Positions 1 to 13,777 of a DNA stretch of 64,000 nt are shown here, piece by piece. How positions within the stretch are numbered: position 1 is the first letter of the stretch; the number at the start of each line of letters is the position of its first letter. The position numbers and the translations under genes were made by a program. Source of the DNA: Escherichia coli (GTDB lineage Bacteria > Pseudomonadota > Gammaproteobacteria > Enterobacterales > Enterobacteriaceae); assembly GCF_003991155.1 (NCBI RefSeq), contig NZ_CP031293.1; one strand, written 5' to 3'. The notes under the pieces were generated by a model. It ran no database searches. It was not told the DNA's origin and saw nothing but the letters and a program-made list of their open reading frames with translations.

Positions 1-367
1 CGATGCCATGACGAAAACGCATTAACTCAGCCAGCATTTCAGCACGACGGATCACCGGAATACGCGCTTCATGAGCGGCAACAATTTCCGGGTTATCGGC
101 AGAAATCGCGCTGGAAACAACGACCACGCTGGCATCACGTACGTTTTCCGGGCGATGGTTGAAATAAATCGTCGCACCCAGATTCATTAACTGCTGCGTG
201 ACCGGATTTGGCGCTAAATCGGAACCACTGATCTGATAACCTTCATTGGCCAGAACTTCGGCAATACCGCCCATACCGGCACCACCGATGCCGACAAAAT
301 GTATGTGCCGAACGCGACGCATTTCGGGCACGATGGAACGCAGTTTTGCCAATTGTTGTGTATTCAT
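1..367 (-). CDS. murC: UDP-N-acetylmuramate--L-alanine ligase MurC, 5' part only (3' end lies beyond window start)
   Basis: Reverse complement of 344..367 encodes MNTQQLAK, the MurC N-terminus as I recall it; position at the end of the dcw cluster next to murG. Confidence 0.85.
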
Positions 368-420
368 TCTTTACGCCATTAACTTCTTAAATTCATACGA
401 TGCAAAAGGCATCGCTACAA

Positions 421-1488
421 TTACGCCCGGGCAGCCCGGCTCACTTCATTTGCCACTCGCTCGGTGGCATCCGGAATGGATGCCGCCCGGGCGCGTTCTG
501 CCATGGTTAATAAGGTTTCTCGCGACCACCCGGCCAGGGTGTTGGCGACAGCATCCACGCTAAGCTGTGACTGCTCGATAATTTTGGCTGCGCCCGCTTT
601 TTCCAGCGGTAGCGCATTCCAGTATTGCTGACGGTCTTTATGTTGAAACGGCACAAACAACGCCGGAAGTCCTGCCGCGGCGATTTCACTCACCGTTAAC
701 GCACCGGAGCGGCAAACAACGACATCCGCCCACGCATACGCCGCCGCCATATCATCAATAAATTCCGTCACTTTATGCTGCGGTTGTCCCGCTTCGGCAT
801 ACGCCTGTTCAACGGATTGTTGCGAACCTTTGCCGCTCTGATGCCAGATAGTGACTGAATCACCCAGTTTTGCAGCAACCTGCGGCATTGTCTGATTAAG
901 AATGCGTGCGCCCTGGGAACCACCCACTACCAACACACGAACCGGACCTTCACGTCCAGCCAAACGTTGCTGCGGCAACGGCAGCGCCAGCACATCGGTA
1001 CGCACCGGGTTACCCACCACTTCCGCATTAGGGAAAGCGCCTGGAAACGCCTGCATCACTTTGGTAGCAATCTTCGCCAGCCATTTATTGGTTAAGCCCG
1101 CAATACCGTTTTGTTCATGAAGTACAACCGGAATGCCTAACGACCACGCAGCCAGACCACCTGGACCTGATACATAGCCGCCCATACCGAGCACCACGTC
1201 AGGTTTGTACGCTTTCATAATCGCCCGCGCCTGACGCCAGGCGTTGAAGATACGCAGCGGCGCAGCTATCAGTGCTTTTATACCTTTTCCACGCAGACCA
1301 GAGATACGAATGAAATCAATTTCGATGCCATGTTTTGGCACTAAGTCCGCTTCCATACGGTCGGCAGTCCCCAGCCAGCGAACTTGCCAACCCTGAGCCA
1401 TTAGATGGTGCGCAACCGCCAGTCCCGGGAATACATGTCCACCGGTTCCGCCTGCCATCACCATTAATCGCTTTCCTTGACCACTCAT
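421..1488 (-). CDS. murG: MurG, lipid II N-acetylglucosaminyltransferase
   Basis: 355-aa ORF with glycine-rich N-terminus [14 protein letters not shown]; dcw cluster order. Confidence 0.95.
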
Positions 1489-2729
1489 CGTGAACCTCGT
1501 ACAAACGCCTGCGCTTTCTCCAGACGCGTTTCATAATCAATACGCAACAGCATCATGATGGCTGTCGACATAATCAGTAAGCTCGAACCACCGTAACTGA
1601 TCAGCGGCAATGTCAGACCTTTGGTCGGTAACATCCCCGCCGCCGCGCCTACGTTAACCAGCGCCTGGAAACTAAACCAGATACCAATAGAACAGGCGAG
1701 AAAACCGGAAAAACGGTGGTCAATTTCTAATGCTTTGCGGCCAATCGACATCGCGCGAAAAGCGACGAAGAATACCATTAAAAGTGCCAGCACCACACCG
1801 ACATACCCCAGTTCTTCGCCGATAATGGCGAAAATAAAGTCAGTGTGCGCTTCCGGCAGATACTCCAGTTTTTGTACCGAGTTACCTAAACCTTGTCCCC
1901 ACAGTTCACCGCGACCAAACGCCATCAACGATTGCGTTAACTGATAGCCGCTGCCAAAGGGATCTTCCCACGGATTCCAGAATGCGGTAACACGGCGGAT
2001 ACGGTACGGTTCGGCGAGGATCAGCAACACAACAGCTGAAATGCCCATACCGATAATGGCAATGAACTGCCACAATTTCGCTCCCGCCAGGAACAACATC
2101 GCCAGCGTAGTCACAAACAACACCACCACCGTACCAAGGTCTGGCTGTGCCAGCAGTAGCACTGCCAACACCAGAATTACGCCCATCGGTTTCAGAAAGC
2201 CGCGCAGGTTATTACGTACTTCGTCGCCTTTACGCACCAGATAGTTGGCGATATAGCAAAACAACGACAGTTTTGTCAGCTCCGCAGGCTGGATACGCAG
2301 CAAGCCGAGATCGATCCAACGCGATGCCCCTTTAACCGAGCTACCCACTACCAGAACGATCATCAGCAGGATGATAGATCCGAGCAGCATCGTGGCACTG
2401 TAGCGTTGCCAGAACTCCATCGGCAGACGCAGCGTAATGATCGCCAGAATGAATGCCAGGATCAGATAGACGCCATCACGCTTCGCGAAGAAGAACGGAT
2501 CGTTGGTTAAGCGTTGCCCTATGGGCATTGACGCCGAGGTCACCATGATAAAGCCAATCGCCGCGAGGCCGAAGGTCAGCCACAGTAAGGTGCGATCGTA
2601 CATGATCAGGCTGTCGGTATCTTTTTCCCGCGAGCCCATCACCCAGCCCTTTAGCGCCGTGGAGATCCAGACCAGAATACTGAATCCTGGCAGGCGCGGC
2701 ATTTTCAGGCGAGGGAGAGATAAACGCAT
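1485..2729 (-). CDS. ftsW: FtsW, SEDS-family cell-division lipid II flippase/polymerase
   Basis: 414/415-aa multi-TM ORF starting [16 protein letters not shown]; overlaps murG start and murD stop as in dcw operon. Confidence 0.95.
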
Positions 2730-4045
2730 CAACCTAACTCCTTCGCCAGACGGGCAAACTCATTGCCTCGTTGTTCAAAGTTCTTGAACTGATCAAGGCT
2801 GGCACAGGCCGGGGAGAGCAGAACCATATCGCCCGGCTGAACACGCGGAGCCAGCAAGCGCATCGCCTGTTCCATGGTTTCGGTTTGTTCTGCCACTTCC
2901 GGGCGTAGCGCCGCCAGCTGCGCGCCGTCCCGACCGAAACAATACAGACGTACGTTATCGCCATTCAGGTAACGCGCCAGTGGGCTAAAATCTGCCGATT
3001 TACCATCGCCGCCCAGCAACAAATGCAGCGTGCCGTCTACGTGCAGGCCATTCAGTGCCGCTTCCGTACTGCCGACGTTGGTCGCTTTTGAATCGTTAAT
3101 CCAGCGCACACCGTTATGCTCCAGCACAACTTCAAAGCGATGCGGCAGACCAGTGAATGTGGTTAACGCTTTCAGGCTGCTGGCGCGCGGCAAACCAGCG
3201 GCATCTGCCAGTGCCAGAGCTGCCAGTGCATTGGTGTAGTTATGCTGCCCGGAAAGTTTCATTTCTTTCACGTTCAGCACTTTCTCGCCCTTCACCCGCA
3301 GCCAGGTTTCACCCTGCTGATGATTCAGGTGATAGTCACCCATGTTGACGCCAAAGCTGACGCAGCGTTCATCCGCACCGCGAATCGGCATTGTTAAGGC
3401 ATCATCAGCATTAACCACGCAAATTTTTGCGTTTTCGTAAATGCGCAGTTTTGCTGCACGATACTGTTGTAAACCAAACGGATAGCGATCCATATGATCT
3501 TCAGTTACGTTCAGAATGGTCGCTGCTACCGCCTGTAAACTGGAGGTGGTTTCAAGCTGGAAGCTCGACAGCTCCAGCACGTACAGTTCGCACTCATCAT
3601 CCAGCAGCATCAACGCAGGCAGGCCAATATTGCCACCCACACCAACGTTAACCCCCGCCGCTTTCGCCATTTCACCCACTAGCGTGGTGACCGTGCTTTT
3701 GCCGTTAGAACCGGTGATCGCCACAATCGGTGCTTGTGCTTCACGACAGAACAGCTCGATATCGCCAACGATTTCGATTCCGGCATCAGCGGCAGCGCTT
3801 AAGGATGGATGCGCCAGTGCAATACCGGGACTGGCGACAATCAGATCGGCCGCCATCAGCCATTCATCATTCAGACCGCCCGTGTGGCGTTCTACAGCTT
3901 CGGGTAATTTATCCAGGCCAGGCGGTGTCATACGCGTATCCATAACGCGCGGCGTCACACCGCGAGCGAGGAAAAAGTCCACGCAAGAAAGCCCGGTGAG
4001 GCCCAGGCCGATAATGACGACATTTTTACCCTGGTAATCAGCCAT
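2729..4045 (-). CDS. murD: MurD, UDP-N-acetylmuramoylalanine--D-glutamate ligase
   Basis: 438-aa [24 protein letters not shown]-terminus; Mur ligase motifs. Confidence 0.95.
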
Positions 4046-4047
4046 GA

Positions 4048-5130
4048 TTAACGTACCTTCAGCGTTGCCAGACCAATCAGGACCAGCATCAGCGAAATAA
4101 TCCAGAAACGTACAATGACGCGCGGTTCCGGCCAGCCTTTCAGTTCATAGTGGTGATGAATCGGTGCCATGCGGAAAATACGTTGTCCGCGCAGTTTAAA
4201 GGAGCCGACCTGCAGGATGACGGAAAGTGTTTCTACCACGAACACGCCCCCCATAATCACCAGCAGGAATTCCTGACGCAGCAGTACGGCGATAATACCT
4301 AACGCACCACCTAACGCCAGCGAACCGACATCGCCCATAAAGACCTGCGCCGGATAGGTGTTAAACCACAGGAAGCCCAGCCCTGCCCCGACTATCGCGG
4401 TACAGACAATGACCAGTTCCCCGGCGTGTCGTAGATACGGTATGTGTAAATAGCTGGCAAAGTTCATGTTGCCGGTCGCCCACGCCACCAGCGCAAAACC
4501 ACCGGCGACAAATACGGTCGGCATAATTGCCAGACCGTCAAGACCATCAGTCAGGTTTACCGCGTTGCCTGTACCCACAATGACGAAGTAAGCCAGCAGA
4601 ATGTAGAACAGCCCCAGTTGCGGCATCACATCTTTAAAGAACGGAACCACCAGCTGCGTTGCGGGCGTGTCTTTGCCGGCAAGGTACAGCGCGAAGGCAA
4701 CACCCAGCGCAATGACCGACATCCAGAAATACTTCCAACGAGCGATCAACCCTTTGGTGTCTTTACGCACCACTTTGCGATAGTCATCAACAAAGCCAAT
4801 GATGCCGTAGCCTACCAGCACCACCAGTACGCACCAGACGTACGGATTGGATGGATAAGCCCACAGCAGTACGGAGATCACAATCGCTGTCAGGATCATA
4901 ATCCCGCCCATGGTCGGCGTACCGCGCTTGCTGAAGTGTGATTCAGGACCGTCGTTACGCACCACCTGACCAAAGGAAAGTTTTTGCAAATGAGCAATCA
5001 TGCGCGGGCCCATCCACAATGAGATGAACAGCGCAGTCAGCAGGCTGACGATGGCGCGAAACGTCAGATAGGAAAAGACGTTAAAGCCGGAATAATATTT
5101 GACCAAATGTTCGGCCAGCCAAACTAACAT
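4048..5130 (-). CDS. mraY: MraY, phospho-N-acetylmuramoyl-pentapeptide transferase
   Basis: 360-aa polytopic membrane [22 protein letters not shown]; between murD and murF. Confidence 0.95.
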
Positions 5131-6482
5131 GTCCCATTCTCCTGTAAAGCGCGTACTACCTCTTCCATGGCAGCACTACGTGAACCCTTAACTAAAATCG
5201 TAATTACCTGTTGCTCAGCAATCAGTGATTTAAGACGCGCGATAAGCGCAGTTTTATCGGAAAAATGTTCGCCAACGCCGCTGGCGGTGCTGATAGCATG
5301 GCTTTGTTTGCCCACGCTTAACACGCGGTCAATACCAGCTGCTTTTGCCGCTTCGCCCACCTGTATATGGCAGGCTTCGCTTTCAGCGCCCAGTTCCGCC
5401 ATATCGCCCACCACCAGCACGCGGTAGCCCGGCATTTCAGCCAGTACCTGGACTGCTGCAGTCATTGAACCAACATTGGCGTTGTAGGAGTCGTCGAGCA
5501 GCAACTGGTTTTCTACCAGTTGAATGGGGAACAGACGGCCTGGAACAGCTTTCAGATTTGCCAGCCCCGCTTTGATAGCATCAAGCGTTGCGCCCACGGC
5601 CATGGAGAGCGCAGCGGCTGCCAGCGCATTCGCAATATTGTGACGCCCCGGCAACGGCAGCAGAACATCGACGCTACCTGTTGGGGTTTGCAGCGTAAAT
5701 TCCGTACCGTGCGAAGTCACATGGATATTGGTGGCGGTGAAATCGCTGTTGGCGGCATTGGGTGAGAAACGCCACACTTTGCGTGAGCCAATTACGCTCT
5801 GCCAGTTCAGCCAGTCGTTGTTGTCAGCGTTCATGATGGCGATACCGTTTTCCGGCAGGCCGCTAAATATTTCACCTTTCGCTTTCGCGACACCCGCAAG
5901 CGAGCCAAAACCTTCCAGATGTGCCGCTGCCAGGTTGTTGACCAGCGCCGCTTCCGGGCGAGTCAGACTCACAGTCCAGGCAATTTCACCCTGATGGTTC
6001 GCGCCAAGTTCAATAACTGCGTAATCGTATTCCGGCGTTAAGCGCAACAGCGTCATCGGTACACCGATGTCGTTATTGAGATTGCCTGCCGTATAAAGTG
6101 TGTTGCCGCACTGGTTTAAAATTGCCGCCGTCATCTCTTTAACGGATGTTTTGCCGGAGGAACCTGTCAGAGCAACCACGCGCGCCGGAACTTGCTGGCG
6201 AACCCATGCAGCCAGTTCACCAAACGCCAAACGCGTATCCTTGACGATTAACTGCGGCAGATCGATATCCAGCGGACGGCTAACCAGTAGTGCGCCTGCG
6301 CCGCCAGCTTTCGCCTGGTCGGCAAAATCATGAGCATCGAAACGTTCGCCTTTCAGGGCAACAAACAGGCAGCCCGGCGTCAGTTTTCGCGTGTCAGTGG
6401 TTACAGCATCAAGGGTAATATCTGCACCTTGCAGTTCACCGTTGAGAATATCGGTAAGTTGGCTAAGGGTTACGCTAATCAT
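5124..6482 (-). CDS. murF: MurF, UDP-MurNAc-tripeptide--D-Ala-D-Ala ligase
   Basis: 452-aa ORF; Mur ligase P-loop TGSSGKTS; dcw order. Confidence 0.95.
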
Positions 6483-7966
6483 GCAATCACCCCCAGCAGA
6501 CGCGCCACCGTGACGCGATCGGAGTAGTCCAGACGCTGATTGCCAACAATCTGGTAATCCTCATGACCTTTGCCCGCGACCAGTACCACATCATTCTCTT
6601 TAGCCTGCATAACAGCGCAAGTCACCGCTTCAGCACGGCCTTCCATCACTTTGGCATGTCCGGCATCTAACATTCCCGCCAGAATATCGTTGATGATGGC
6701 ACGCGGTTCTTCGGTACGCGGGTTATCGTCCGTTACCACCGCCACGTCAGCGAACTCTTCAGCAATTGCGCCCATCAGTGGACGTTTGCCTTTATCACGA
6801 TCGCCACCACAGCCAAAGACGCACCACAGCTTGCCCGCACAGTGCAGGCGCGCCGCCTGTAAGGCTTTTTCCAGTGCATCTGGCGTATGCGCGTAATCCA
6901 CCACCACCGTCGGTTTGCCTGGTGCAGTGAACACTTCCATACGTCCGCAAACCGGTTGCAGACGCGCGGCGGTTTTCAGCAGCTCAGCCAGTGGATAGCC
7001 GAGTGCCAGCAGTGTCGCCAGCGCCAGCAGCAGGTTGCTGACGTTAAAAGCGCCCATCAGATGGCTTTCAATTTCCCCATCGCCCCAGCTTGAGCTAAAG
7101 CGAATAGTCGCACCGCTGTCGTGATAGTTCACTTCAGTCGCTTTCAACCAGCGTCCGTGACAGTTCGGATTGATATGATCTTCCATTGACACCGCAACCG
7201 CGTCTGGCAGTTTTGCCAGCCAGCGGCGACCCACTTCATCGTCGGCGTTAACAATCGCCTGACCGCAATGATGTGCAGAATAAAGCAGCCATTTCGCCGC
7301 TTCGTAGTGTTCCATATCACCATGGTAATCAAGGTGATCGCGGCTTAAGTTGGTAAAGACCGATGCCGCAAATTTCAATGCCGCCACACGGTGCTGTACC
7401 AGCCCGTGGGAGGAAACTTCCATTGCGCAAAAAGTCGCGCCCTGATCCACCAGCCCCGCCAGCTCATGCTGAACATCGACTGCCGAACCGGTGGTATTTT
7501 CTGTCGGGATCACTTTCCCCAGCAGGCCGTTACCAACGGTGCCCATTACCGCGCTGGTTTCGCCAAGCAGTTGGCTCCACTGTGCCAGCAGCTGGGTCGT
7601 CGTGGTTTTGCCGTTGGTGCCCGTTACGCCTACAAGACGTAAATTGTCAGAGGGTTCATGGTAAAAGCGGCCCGCCAGTGCAGATAAACGCTCGTTGAGC
7701 TGGCTGAGATAGATGACCGGTACGCCGTGCATTTCACGGATTTCACCGTCGGTCGCCTCATCTTTCGCCTCTGCAATAATGGCAGCCACACCTTGCGCTA
7801 TCGCCTGCGGGATATATCGACGCCCGTCCGCCTGATGACCTACTACAGCTACAAAGAGATCGCCCGCCGCAGCCACACGGCTGTCGAGTGTCATCTCTCG
7901 CAGTGCTCGCGAAGGTGCGTCTGGCACCCACGGAGCAAGAAGGTCGCGCAAATTACGATCTGCCAC
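6479..7966 (-). CDS. murE: MurE, UDP-MurNAc-L-Ala-D-Glu--meso-DAP ligase
   Basis: 495-aa ORF; Mur ligase motif GTNGKTTT; dcw order. Confidence 0.95.
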
Positions 7967-9719
7967 CTGTCCCCTCGCCTTGATTAATCACAAATTCATT
8001 TTTATCGCCCGTTGTCAGCGCATCCGGCTCGATGTTCATGGTACGCAATACGCCGCCCATGATGGCACCAAAGACCGGCGCGGAAACGGCGCCGCCGTAG
8101 TATTTACCCGCCTGCGGATCGTTGATAACAACAACCAGCGCGAAGCGCGGCTGACTCGCAGGCGCAACGCCTGCGGTATAAGCAATATATTTATTGATGT
8201 AGCGACCGTCCGGCCCGACCTTTTTCGCGGTACCGGTTTTAATGGCGATACGATAGCCTTTAATCGCCGCCTTCACGCCGCCGCCGCCCGGTAGCGCCAC
8301 GCTTTCCATCATATGCACCACGGTGCGAACAATGGATTCCGGGAAGACACGTTCACCGGGAACCGGGGGGTCAACTTTGGTAATCGACAGTGGGCGATAA
8401 ATGCCGTAGCTGCCGATAGTTGCGTAGACTCGCGCTAACTGTAACGGTGTTACCATTAGCCCGTAGCCGAAAGAGAAGGTGGCCCTCTCTATGTCAGACC
8501 ACCGTTGTTTTTGAGGATATAAGCCACTGCGTTCTCCGACCAACCCCAAATTGGTCGCTTTTCCCAGTCCAAAACGTGAGTAAGTATCTACTAACGCTGA
8601 GGACGGCATCGCTAACGCCAGCTTGGAAACACCGACGTTACTCGACTTCTGTAATACCCCGGTCAGGGTTAATTCGCTGTAGCGTGCCACGTCTTTGATT
8701 TCGTGGCCGTTAATTCGATAAGGAACGGTATTCAGTACCGAGTTTTCCCGCACTACGCCACGTTGCAACGCGGTCATCACCACCATCGGTTTAACCGTTG
8801 AACCCGGTTCAAACACGTCAGTGATGGTACGGTTACGCATCGCCTCTTTCGGCGTGCCACTCAGATTGTTTGGGTTGTATGACGGGCTGTTAGCCATCGC
8901 CAGCACTTCACCGGTGTTGACATCCACCAGCACGGCGCTACCAGATTCAGCTTTGTTAAAGGCCACCGCGTTGTTCAGTTCGCGATACACCAGCGCCTGC
9001 AGGCGTTCATCAATACTCAGCGCCAGGTTGTGCGCCGCCTGACTGTCGGTGGAAGAGATATCTTCAATTACGCGACCATAGCGGTCTTTACGCACAATGC
9101 GCTCACCCGGCTGCCCGGTAAGCCATTTATCGAAACTCTTCTCAACGCCCTCAATCCCCTGACTATCGACGTTAGTAAAGCCGATGAGGTGAGCGGTCAC
9201 TTCGCCGGATGGATAATAACGGCGAGATTCTTCACGCAGATGAATCCCCGGCAGTTTCAGTTTTTTGATGTACTCTGCCATGTCAGGGTTTACCTGACGC
9301 GCCAGATAAATAAAGCGCCCTTTCGGGTTGGCGTTAATGCGGGCTGAAAGCTGATCCAGCGGAATATTGAGTGCGTTAGCCAGCGCCTTCCAGCGATCAC
9401 CGACGCTGATACCGCCAGCGTCATGCACTTCTTTCGGGTCAGCCCAAATCGCTTTAACCGGCACGCTCACCGCTAACGGGCGACCAGAACGGTCAGTAAT
9501 CATGCCGCGGGAGGTGGAAACTTGCTGAACGCGAAGAGAACGCATGTCGCCCTCTTTTACCAGCATATCCGGGGAGATAACTTGTAACCACGCTACGCGT
9601 CCGAGCAGAAAAGCCAGCGCCAGGAGAATACAGCCGCATAACAACGCAAAACGCCAACTGATAAAGTTGGCATGTTCTTCCTGACGTTTTGGTTTCTGCG
9701 TTTTCGCCGCTGCTTTCAT
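7953..9719 (-). CDS. ftsI: FtsI / PBP3, septal peptidoglycan transpeptidase
   Basis: 588-aa ORF with N-terminal membrane anchor and STVK / KTG transpeptidase motifs. Confidence 0.95.
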
Positions 9720-9734
9720 GCGTCGCGTTTATCC

Positions 9735-10100
9735 TTATTTTTGCACTACGATATTTTCTTGTGACGGATCAACATGCTGCATTTGCAGCTTTTCCGTGGC
9801 TATCCTTTCCACCCGGCTATGGTCGCCGAGCGCATTCTCTTCAAGGATCAGGTTGCGCCATTCAATGTCTAAAGCATCTCGCTCCAGCACCAGTTGTTCG
9901 CGCTGAGCGGTCAGTAAACGGGTATGGTGCGCCGTGGTTACCACGGTCACCGCCGTCAAAATAATGCAAATGAACAGGCAGAGTGGCAGCTTCCCAAATC
10001 GCAAAAGATCGTCACCGATAACACCAGGCAATGCATGGCGCTCGTGGCTTCCCATCGATCCTTTAACTTTGCTTAGAGCTTCTGTCACTCTGCTGATCAT
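9735..10100 (-). CDS. ftsL: FtsL, cell division protein
   Basis: 121-aa bitopic ORF between rsmH and ftsI. Confidence 0.9.
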
Positions 10101-11038
10101 GCGTTCGTCCTCTCTGCAATACGCAGAACTGAACTACGGGCACGAGGGTTCTCAGCCACCTCTTCTTCGCCCGGCATTAACTTGCCTAGTGCTCGCAGCT
10201 GACGGCCACCCAGTTTTTTGAGCTGCTCTTCAGTCATCGGTAACCCTGCCGGAACTTGCGGACCGCGGCTGTTTTCACGCATAAAACGTTTCACAATACG
10301 GTCTTCCAGCGAGTGGAAGCTGATGATCGAAAGCCGCCCACCCGGGGCCAGCACGTTGAGCGAGCTTTTTAGCGCCTGCTCTATCTCCTCCAGTTCACTG
10401 TTTACCCAAATGCGCACCGCCTGGAAGGTCCGGGTCGCGGGATGTTTAAACTTATCTTTCACCGGCGTTGCAGCAGCCACGACTTCCGCCAGTTCTTTGG
10501 TGCGGGTCATCGGCTGTTCGCGGTTATGCTCGACAATTGCGCGGGCAATGCGTTTGGCAAAACGCTCTTCACCATAGGTTTTCAATACCCAGGCGATATC
10601 GGCTTCTTCTGCGGTTTGTAGCCATTCAGCGGCTGACTGCCCACGGGTTGGGTCCATACGCATGTCCAGCGGACCATCGCGCATAAAGGAAAAGCCGCGT
10701 TCAGCATCATCAAGTTGCGGTGAAGAGACGCCAAGATCGAGGAGAATGCCATCGATCTTGCCGATAAGATCGCGCTCGGCAACGTATTCGCCCAGCGCGG
10801 AGAAAGGTCCGTGGATGATGGAGAAGCGCGGATCATCAATAGTCTTCGCAACGGCGATAGCCTGCGGGTCGCGATCGATCGCCAACAAACGCCCCTCTTC
10901 GCCAAGCTGCGAGAGGATCAGACGTGAGTGACCACCGCGACCAAAAGTCCCATCAATGTAGATGCCATCAGGACGGATATTGAGGCCATTAACGGCTTCA
11001 TCCAGCAGCACCGTAGTATGTTTATAGTTTTCCATCAT
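10097..11038 (-). CDS. rsmH: RsmH (MraW), 16S rRNA m4C1402 methyltransferase
   Basis: Track ORF is 5'-extended; start placed at internal [16 protein letters not shown] to give the ~313-aa product. Confidence 0.9.
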
Positions 11039-11039
11039 T

Positions 11040-11498
11040 TTATAGAGACAAGTCCTGCAGTCGCTCCGATAAGTCTCCGGTAGCCAACTGCTCTGCGTCG
11101 ATATCTTCCTTGACCTGTTGATGCCAGGTTGTTTCATCCCACAGCTCAAACTTGTTGAACTGTCCAACCAGCATCACTTCTTTTGTCAGCCCGGCATGTT
11201 GCCGCAGTACTGGCGCGATTAACAATCGACCTGCGCCATCCATCTGACATTCGCTGGCATGACCTAACAGTAGGCGCTGCACACGGCGCTCAACCGGGTT
11301 CATGCTCGACAGACGCGATAATTTTTGCTCGATAATTTCCCATTCAGGCAGGGGGTAAAGCAGCAGGCACGGGTGATGAATGTCAATGGTGCAAACCATT
11401 TGACCGGCAGCGTTCTCAAGCAGCTGTTCCCGATAACGGGTAGGCACTGATAAGCGCCCTTTGCTGTCGAGATTGACTAACGTTGCTCCCCGGAACAT
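11040..11498 (-). CDS. mraZ: MraZ, transcriptional regulator of the dcw cluster
   Basis: Start placed at internal [19 protein letters not shown] (152 aa); track ORF extends upstream in frame. Confidence 0.9.
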
Positions 11499-11504
11499 GC
11501 CAGC

Positions 11505-11560
11505 CTCACCCCTTATTCCCACTTTGCCCCACAATTTCCCACTGAAAGGAGTTTACGGAG
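11505..11560 (-). promoter_or_regulatory. mraZ leader with direct repeats of GTGGG (MraZ operator-type repeats) immediately upstream of mraZ
   Basis: Minus strand reads GTGGGaaattGTGGGgcaaaGTGGGaataaGGGGT, i.e. GTGGG at 10-bp spacing; matches the described TGGGN repeat operator of Pmra. Confidence 0.6.
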
Positions 11561-12099
11561 CGGAGGAAAAGCTTGTCAAGCCAGTCACAAGGCATACCGA
11601 GGTAAAAAACCCGATGTTTACGGCTAATATCAGCGTTGTTTATTTTACGTCCAACGTGCGAAGCAAATTAACGTTATGAATAGCTGTAAGAAAAAATCCC
11701 TCATCGTCATCACCGTTTTAAAATGACTCACTATTTTCCACAGCAAATATAAAGTGTCAGTTTGCGACGCGAGCGGCATTTTAGGACATATCTTCCCCGG
11801 TTAACAGTCCCTGTTGCGTCTGTGTGGCGCTTGATGCCAGCGGGTTTGCGCAAAAGCAAAGAAAAGTGTTTGTTAAATCGGCAATTCATCTCTGCATGTA
11901 ACAAAATAATGCAAAAACGCGCTATCGATATCACTTAATTATTGTGAATTTCAGCTGGTGAGGTAATTAACGGGCAGGTTTAAAAGCATTTATCAATAAT
12001 AGCCAGGAATAGTCTTATTTACTTTAAGGATATTGATGTCCATTCCCGTACTCAACGCGCCAGAGAGAAATTCACCTGGCGCGTATTTTTGTTCGCGGC

Positions 12100-13104
12100 T
12101 TAGCTACGGCTGAGCACGCCGCGGCGATAGAGATTACGTTTAATGCGCGTTAAACCAGGTTTTGGCTTACGCGGTTCGTCCAGGCTTGCCAGGACAATCT
12201 CCAGCACACGCTCTGCGACATCGCGGTGACGTTGAGCCACTGCCAGCACCGGGCACTGTAAGAAGTCGAGCAGTTCGTTATCGCCAAAGGTGGCAATTGC
12301 CAGGTCAGAAGGCAGTTTGCCGTCACGACGTAGCGTGACATCCATCACCCCTTGCAACAACGCAAACGACGTTGTGAACAGTGCCTGCGGCATCGGATGC
12401 GTTTCCAGCCATTTTTCGAATAACTGGGCAGCCGCCTCCCGCTCATAGCTGTTGGCATAAAGGAAATGCACTTCGCGCGGATCATCTTTCCAGGCAGTAC
12501 GGAAACCTTGTTCACGCAGGAAGCTGACAGAAAGCTCCGGCAGCGCGCCAAGATAAAGTACCGTCTCGGCGGGAAACTTACGTAACTCTTCCGCCAGCAT
12601 TTCGGCATCATCCTGATCGGCACCAACCACGCTGGTGAAATGTTCACGATCGAGGGCGCGGTCCAGCGCGACAATCGGGAACGGGTCGTTAGCCCAGCGT
12701 TGATAAAAAGGATGCTCAGGTGGCAACGACGTCGAAACAATAATGGCATCAACCTGACGCTGCAAAAGATGCTCGATACAACGCATTTCGTTGTCGGGCT
12801 GATCTTCCGAGCAGGCAATCAGCAGTTGATAACCCCTTTGCCGCGCCTGGCGTTCAAGATAGTTAGCGATGCGGGTATAGCTGGTGTTCTCCAGATCGGG
12901 GATCACAAGACCAATAGAACGTGTGCGTCCAGCACGAAGCCCAGCTGCCACGGCGTTCGGGTGGTAATTGTGCTCACGCACCACAGCCATGACTTTTTCA
13001 ACGGTTTTGTCGCTCACACGGTATTGCTTCGCTTTGCCGTTAATAACATAGCTTGCAGTGGTCCGCGACACTCCCGCCAGCCGAGCGATTTCATCCAGTT
13101 TCAC
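12100..13104 (-). CDS. cra: Cra (FruR), catabolite repressor/activator, LacI family
   Basis: 334-aa ORF, HTH N-terminus [34 protein letters not shown]. Confidence 0.95.
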   Translation of the reverse strand: MKLDEIARLAGVSRTTASYVINGKAKQYRVSDKTVEKVMAVVREHNYHPNAVAAGLRAGRTRSIGLVIPDLENTSYTRIANYLERQARQRGYQLLIACSEDQPDNEMRCIEHLLQRQVDAIIVSTSLPPEHPFYQRWANDPFPIVALDRALDREHFTSVVGADQDDAEMLAEELRKFPAETVLYLGALPELSVSFLREQGFRTAWKDDPREVHFLYANSYEREAAAQLFEKWLETHPMPQALFTTSFALLQGVMDVTLRRDGKLPSDLAIATFGDNELLDFLQCPVLAVAQRHRDVAERVLEIVLASLDEPRKPKPGLTRIKRNLYRRGVLSRS

Positions 13105-13283
13105 AATTGCCCCTTGCGTAAAATGTAAAAACCATAGCCATTGTACTGGTATGGGTTAAATTCATTAACATCTAAGCGCAGAAAATTAACTGCGGCAACT
13201 GCTTTTATTCCAGGTTCCCACTGATTTCGCAAAAAAAGCCCAACGTGACATGTTGGGCTGCAAATTGCGCATTGAGATCATTC

Positions 13284-13775
13284 TCAACGCATTATTTTTT
13301 CGCCGCGCGAAAGTCCGACCACACCAGAGCGAGCAACTTCCACAATTTTCGCCACATCGCGAATCGATGCTAAAAATGCATCAAGCTTATCGCTGGTACC
13401 TGCTAATTGAACGGTATAAAGCGAGGGTGTGACATCGATAATTTGCCCACGGAATATTTCCGTATTACGTTTCACTTCGTCACGCCCGTAGCCGCTGGCC
13501 TGAATTTTCACCAGCATGATTTCCCGCTCAACATGCGCCCCCTGCCCCAACTCGCTCACGCGTAATACATCGACCAGCTTGTGTAATTGCTTTTCGATCT
13601 GCTCAAGCACTTTTTCATCGCCCACGGTCTGGATGGTCATACGCGATAATGTCGGATCGTCGGTTGGCGCAACGGTCAGGCTTTCAATGTTGTAGCCACG
13701 CTGGGAAAAAAGGCCAATCACGCGGGATAACGCGCCTGATTCATTTTCGAGTAAGACTGATAATATCCGGCGCAT
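13284..13775 (-). CDS. ilvH: IlvH, acetolactate synthase III small (regulatory) subunit
   Basis: Internal start [19 protein letters not shown] gives 163 aa; directly follows ilvI. Confidence 0.9.
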
Positions 13776-13777
13776 AA

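Noticed and set aside
10097-11534. Extended N-termini of rsmH (356 aa) and mraZ (164 aa) as given in the ORF track
   Set aside because: Track takes the most upstream start; the known proteins begin at internal Met (MMENYKH, MFRGATL), and the extensions would overlap the upstream gene or operator.
12056-12093. Hairpin gcgccag..ctggcgc followed by T-tract next to the cra stop codon, considered as the cra terminator
   Set aside because: The T-tract is on the plus strand whereas cra is on the minus strand; at best a bidirectional or antisense terminator, so not annotated.
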